DNA of 64,000 nucleotides from Bacteriovoracaceae bacterium (GTDB lineage Bacteria; Bdellovibrionota; UBA1018): NCBI GenBank assembly GCA_947447665.1, contig CANFJX010000008.1, positions 69,149 to 133,148 of the forward strand, read 5' to 3'. Shown piece by piece: positions 59,890 to 64,000 of this stretch (position 1 is its first letter; each line of letters starts with the position of its first letter). The notes under the pieces were generated by a model. It saw only the letters and a program-made list of their open reading frames with translations, ran no database searches and was not told where the DNA came from. The position numbers and the translations under genes were made by a program.

Positions 59890-60318
59890 CCTTCTGAACC
59901 TTTATAGGTCCCTTAAAATTAATTCATTTACCTAGACTAGCTTAACGCAACTAGACCAAGTAAATTACTTTTTTTTAATAATACACTTAAACCTTAACAT
60001 TGTGTTTAAAAATTAAAATATTTTAATTTTATTAGAGCACAAATGTTAAACGGATTGTTTTAATTTAGCTTAAGATTTGATTCAATTTTGACTTAAAATC
60101 AGGATGCCGGTGGGCCACTAGGGCTGGTCGAGAAAAATATTAGATTTCAACCCCACCAAGATTACCAGACTTAAGACCGAGCCTACCTTTTTATGACTCA
60201 ATGCGCCTAGAGGTAGATCAAATCTTAATAGGCTACGAGACACGTCTTGTTGTGAATTTTATTATTTAAAATAGAATTTATATTACTAATTAAATTAAGT
60301 TGAATTAACCTGGCATCG

Positions 60319-61062
60319 ATGAACCTTTTTATCTCTTATTGTATGGCTGTTTTAGGAACTTTTTTCGCAGTTGCTGAAGCTCGGGCAGAAACCTACCTGT
60401 CGGTCGAGGGCTCACTCACTTGGCAAAGCCGAAATGACCAACGTATCCCGGGAAAGGGTGGCACTAACTTCTCACTTAGTCAGCTGAACTCTGGTCCCTT
60501 CGCCAACTACCGCGTTTACTTAGGTCACTTATTTGGTCCGCATCACGAGATTCGAGCTCTTTACGCTCCCTTATCAATCCAGGTCAACGGAAAGCTTGGC
60601 ACCGATGTCCAGTTTATGGACGCCACCTTTGCTTCTGGAACTGACACGATCGGGTTCTATAAATTTAACTCCTACCGCCTCACCTATACTTATCACTTCG
60701 ACCCCGTAAGCGACTGGTATTTCTCCCTTGGGTTTTCAGCAAAAATTCGAGATGCAGAAGTTCGCCTGACTCAAGGGCCACTCATTAAAAGCAAAACTAA
60801 TGTTGGATTTGTTCCTCTGATCAACTTTAGAGTCAAAAAATCATTAGGGAACGATTGGCTTTTCAAGCTTGATTTTGACGGTCTTGCTGCGCCACAAGGG
60901 CGCGCGTTTGACGTGGGAGTCTTTGTTGAGCACCCCCTCCCCCTTGCAGGATGCAGCGCATATATGGGTTATCGAACCATCGAAGGCGGTGCCAATGTTA
61001 CTGAGGTCTATAATTTTGCCTGGTTCCACAGTGCGGTCTTAGGATTTCGCTCCGAATTTTGA
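60319..61062 (+). CDS. Hypothetical outer-membrane beta-barrel protein
   Basis: Signal peptide ending ARA; amphipathic strands; C-terminal Phe. Confidence 0.7.
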   Translation: MNLFISYCMAVLGTFFAVAEARAETYLSVEGSLTWQSRNDQRIPGKGGTNFSLSQLNSGPFANYRVYLGHLFGPHHEIRALYAPLSIQVNGKLGTDVQFMDATFASGTDTIGFYKFNSYRLTYTYHFDPVSDWYFSLGFSAKIRDAEVRLTQGPLIKSKTNVGFVPLINFRVKKSLGNDWLFKLDFDGLAAPQGRAFDVGVFVEHPLPLAGCSAYMGYRTIEGGANVTEVYNFAWFHSAVLGFRSEF

Positions 61063-61168
61063 CCAAGGCTACCGTTATTACATAAAAGATTTTAGTCTAG
61101 CTATAATATTTAATATATGTTACTTACTTCCCCGCCCAAGTCTACCTGTCAGGGCGAGGCGGTAATCC

Positions 61169-61438
61169 ATGACTACGAACGAACTAAAATCGAAAAGCAG
61201 AACAACTCCCCCCAAGAAACTAAAAAAACGGAAGGCCCCCTTCCCCGGTAAGTTGGTAGTTCTCGAGTCACAGCGTTCTCAAAACCATCACCCGCTTCGC
61301 TACAACCTGATCAGTTTACTGACTAAACTACCTAGAATCTTTAAAAGAGTGACCCTCACGCGAGCCGTTTGTCCCCAATGCGCACCCCTCGACGAACCCT
61401 TCTGGAAAAAGGACTTCAACCGACCCCAGGTGATGTAG
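61169..61438 (+). CDS. Small basic hypothetical protein
   Basis: GAGG upstream of ATG; 89 aa; single CPQC. Confidence 0.45.
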   Translation: MTTNELKSKSRTTPPKKLKKRKAPFPGKLVVLESQRSQNHHPLRYNLISLLTKLPRIFKRVTLTRAVCPQCAPLDEPFWKKDFNRPQVM

Positions 61439-61507
61439 GGTCGGCATGATCCTTAGCCACCTCGGCTGAGCTGCACCCCCCCCCCGATAGACTCGTCCGC
61501 GTGGAAG

Positions 61508-62713
61508 TTACATTAACGGGAGCTCTAAATCTGAGCCAGGAGCTGATGGAGTTATGACCAGGCCGGCATCTCCAGGTATGGCGCCGGCACCGCCGCTTAC
61601 GGTGGTAGCGCCATAAGTTGCCCCATCGTTAATCGTGATGATTCCGCCCGCACCACCTGGGTGACTTAATCCCCCTAGGGCGTTGCCGCCATTTGCCGTA
61701 ATTGCTCCCACAGCGCCGCTAACTGTAATTGTTCCACCTACGCCCTTGCTGGCGGTGGTGTCTGGGGTTGAGCTGTTGTCATAGCCCGCCCCACCGTTGG
61801 CCGTAATTGTGCCAGAGACGGTGCCGCTAGGGTCGATATTAATGTTTCCGCCGTTTCCTCCGCCGCCCGAGGGGTCGCTTCCCGTGCCGCCGTTTGCAGT
61901 GACATCCCCGTTGACTCTGCCGGAGATACCAATTTCGCCGCCACCGCCACCCGAGCCGCCGCCGTTCGCAGTAACGTTCCCGGTGACTATGCCGCCAATT
62001 CTAATACTGCCACCCGAGCCGCCGCCGTTCGCAGTGACGTTCCCATTGACTGTGCTTTCTTCTCCTATAGTAATCACGCCGCCACCACCCCCGTCTCCAC
62101 CATTTACAGTGATATTCCCGGCGACTGGGCCATGAATTTCAATAGAGCCACCCCGGCCGCTGACACTCCCGCCATTGGAGCTGATGTCATCGAGATTGAC
62201 GTCAGTTCCATAGACAGTAATACTCCAACCACTATCACTATCACTTGGCGCATCGCCGTTAATCCCACCCAAAAATGACAGAGTGTCGCCAGCCCCTTGA
62301 ATGCGGATGTTTGGGTTCCAATCTCCCGGCGTCGTCAACTGAGAGAGATTGATACCGCCAAAATGTCCGACACCGAGAGAGATAATCACGGTCCCGTCGC
62401 ACATTTTCTGGTACGTGTCCGCAGCGTTATAAGCAGCCTGAGCAGAGGAGAAAGAAAGAGTGCAGTCGCTCCCCACAGCGGCCGTCCCGTCGCTGCCAGA
62501 AGAACTGAGGCAAGCCATGGGCGAACCGCCCGCGGGGCAGTTCCCTGGGGAAGAGTCGCTGCCTGGGGAAGATTCGCTGCCAGACGGAGACGAGACGTTA
62601 ACATTAACCGTCGCGGTCCCATTGCACCCAGCACCAGAAAAAATGAGAGCAGCCGAAATCACAAATGAGCTGAGAAGGTTGCGACAATAGATTTTCCGAT
62701 TTTGCGATCTCAT
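61508..62713 (-). CDS. Glycine-rich repeat lipoprotein (G-x-[VI]-T-A-N-G-G repeats)
   Basis: GAGGAG RBS; FSGAG-C lipobox; repeated TANGG units. Confidence 0.8.
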   Translation of the reverse strand: MRSQNRKIYCRNLLSSFVISAALIFSGAGCNGTATVNVNVSSPSGSESSPGSDSSPGNCPAGGSPMACLSSSGSDGTAAVGSDCTLSFSSAQAAYNAADTYQKMCDGTVIISLGVGHFGGINLSQLTTPGDWNPNIRIQGAGDTLSFLGGINGDAPSDSDSGWSITVYGTDVNLDDISSNGGSVSGRGGSIEIHGPVAGNITVNGGDGGGGGVITIGEESTVNGNVTANGGGSGGSIRIGGIVTGNVTANGGGSGGGGGEIGISGRVNGDVTANGGTGSDPSGGGGNGGNINIDPSGTVSGTITANGGAGYDNSSTPDTTASKGVGGTITVSGAVGAITANGGNALGGLSHPGGAGGIITINDGATYGATTVSGGAGAIPGDAGLVITPSAPGSDLELPLM

Positions 62714-62937
62714 TTTAAACTCTCCTCAAACGTAAAGACTCAATTCCCTATCAATATTTTATGAATAGAGAGTCTTTTTGGCAATATGTGTCATTTTTGA
62801 TTCAATAATTTAAATATATTAACTAGAATCATTTGAAGAAATTCACCTCAAACTGTGCTGCCGATCTCCTTTGATGCTCTGCCCCTTGCAATAGGGCGCT
62901 CGATGCTGTTTAACCTCAAAAAAAGGGAGGAACTCAA

Positions 62938-63831
62938 ATGAAAAAATCCATGCCTGAACCCAGCAAAATCAGTCCTACCGCCAAGATGGTTGCCTATTGG
63001 CGTCAGTTCAGTGATGTACCGTTCGCTCAAGATGTTGCCAGGCTCGTACGTGCAGATGAGGTCTTCGAAGATTTTCTCAAACACACCTCCACCTCCTCCG
63101 AGCACACCGCATGGTTTGCGCCGATGATCGAGGCGCGGTACAAGAGCATGGTCCAGGCAATCCGACAAAAAAACATTAAGCAGGTGCTCGAACTAGCCAG
63201 CGGAGTTTCTCTCCGTGGCCTAGCGATGACCATGGACCCAGAGATGATCTACGTGGAAACTGACCTCCCTGGAATGTCCGAAGAAAAGATCGCGGTGGTG
63301 CGGCAAATCCGAGAGCAACAAAACATCCCCGAGCGGAGCAATCTTTTCTTCCGAGAGGTGAATGTCCTTGAGCGCAAGCAGATGGAAGAGGCGGTTGAAC
63401 CATTTTTTGAGAGCCGACCGATCGCAGTGATTCACGAAGGGCTTTTTCAGTATCTCTCCCTTGAGGAGAAAAAAATAGCCGCGACCCATATTCATTTGAT
63501 CCTGAAACGATTTGGTGGTGTGTGGATGACTCCAGACCTGAACACCGTAGAGGACATCGAACAACGGTGGCAGCACTCGGACGCCATGAAGCAACTAACT
63601 GATAGCATCAAGACAGTGACGGGACGTGATTTTAGAAAATCCGCATTTCAAAGCGAGGCCCACATTCAAGAATTCTTCGAAGCACTCGGGTTCGAGCTGC
63701 AAGCGTTTCCGCAAATTGCCCCGGGTTTGAAGTTAACCTCAGTTGAGAAACTAAATCTCCCTCAAGAAACGGTCAGCAGCTATGCTGCCCATCTCAAGAT
63801 CTGGAGCCTGACGGTCAAGTCGAATAATTAA
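62938..63831 (+). CDS. Class I SAM methyltransferase (LCM/O-methyltransferase-like)
   Basis: ISPTA..VAYWR, EARY, QVLELASG, YVETDLP, HEGLFQYL, GVWMTPD. Confidence 0.8.
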   Translation: MKKSMPEPSKISPTAKMVAYWRQFSDVPFAQDVARLVRADEVFEDFLKHTSTSSEHTAWFAPMIEARYKSMVQAIRQKNIKQVLELASGVSLRGLAMTMDPEMIYVETDLPGMSEEKIAVVRQIREQQNIPERSNLFFREVNVLERKQMEEAVEPFFESRPIAVIHEGLFQYLSLEEKKIAATHIHLILKRFGGVWMTPDLNTVEDIEQRWQHSDAMKQLTDSIKTVTGRDFRKSAFQSEAHIQEFFEALGFELQAFPQIAPGLKLTSVEKLNLPQETVSSYAAHLKIWSLTVKSNN

Positions 63832-63835
63832 AAAA

Positions 63836-64000
63836 CTACCCTGCCGGCGCCCACTGACTTAAAAACAGCAAGGCAGGATAGGTCGCTCCCCAGGGGAGAA
63901 TAAACCGATTGAGTCCCAAAACCCAGGCGTTGCCAATATGAAAGCAAAGGCCCAATCCGATGTAAAAAACACAAACCTCGGGCCGTGAGACGGCTAATGG
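63836..64000 (-). CDS. C-terminus of a membrane protein, HTTM-domain-like (runs off window edge)
   Basis: Manual translation ..FHIGNAWVLGLNRFILPWGATYPALLFL..*. Confidence 0.55.
   Translation of the reverse strand, partial: PLAVSRPEVCVFYIGLGLCFHIGNAWVLGLNRFILPWGATYPALLFLSQWAPAG

Overview
Bacterial chromosomal window, probably from a Bdellovibrionota/Oligoflexia-like organism. This is inferred from the Bd3614-type deaminase, the myxobacterial/Bdellovibrio-type PrkA, many secreted orphans and several sigma-54 motifs; no marker gene is present. The first ~50 kb holds housekeeping and stress genes: ALDH-gabT, hrpB, PAS-MCP, Cu-ATPase, a Gtr-like glycosylation trio, msrBA, mscL, a CheB/CheR-kinase fusion, Hsp20, 5'-nucleotidase, PrkA, RluA and pdxH. 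Secreted orphans are interspersed, including a TcdA/B-like glycosyltransferase, a protein with a eukaryote-type RING-H2 finger, and an almost charge-free YGQG-repeat lipoprotein. A decayed integration hotspot follows tRNA-His (49859-49934): a 63-bp duplicated att-like sequence flanking a BrnT-type TA pair, two ISL3 remnants, REP-like repeats, a pseudogenised toxin and a possible recombinase fragment. Next comes the highlight, a compact phototrophy module (54.7-59.9 kb). It pairs a fenestrated xanthorhodopsin/Gloeobacter-type DTE proton-pump rhodopsin with blh (retinal) and crtW, cruF, an acyltransferase and a glycosyltransferase. These are the tailoring enzymes expected for a salinixanthin-like keto-carotenoid acyl-glycoside antenna. 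All calls come from reading motifs by eye; no database search was run.
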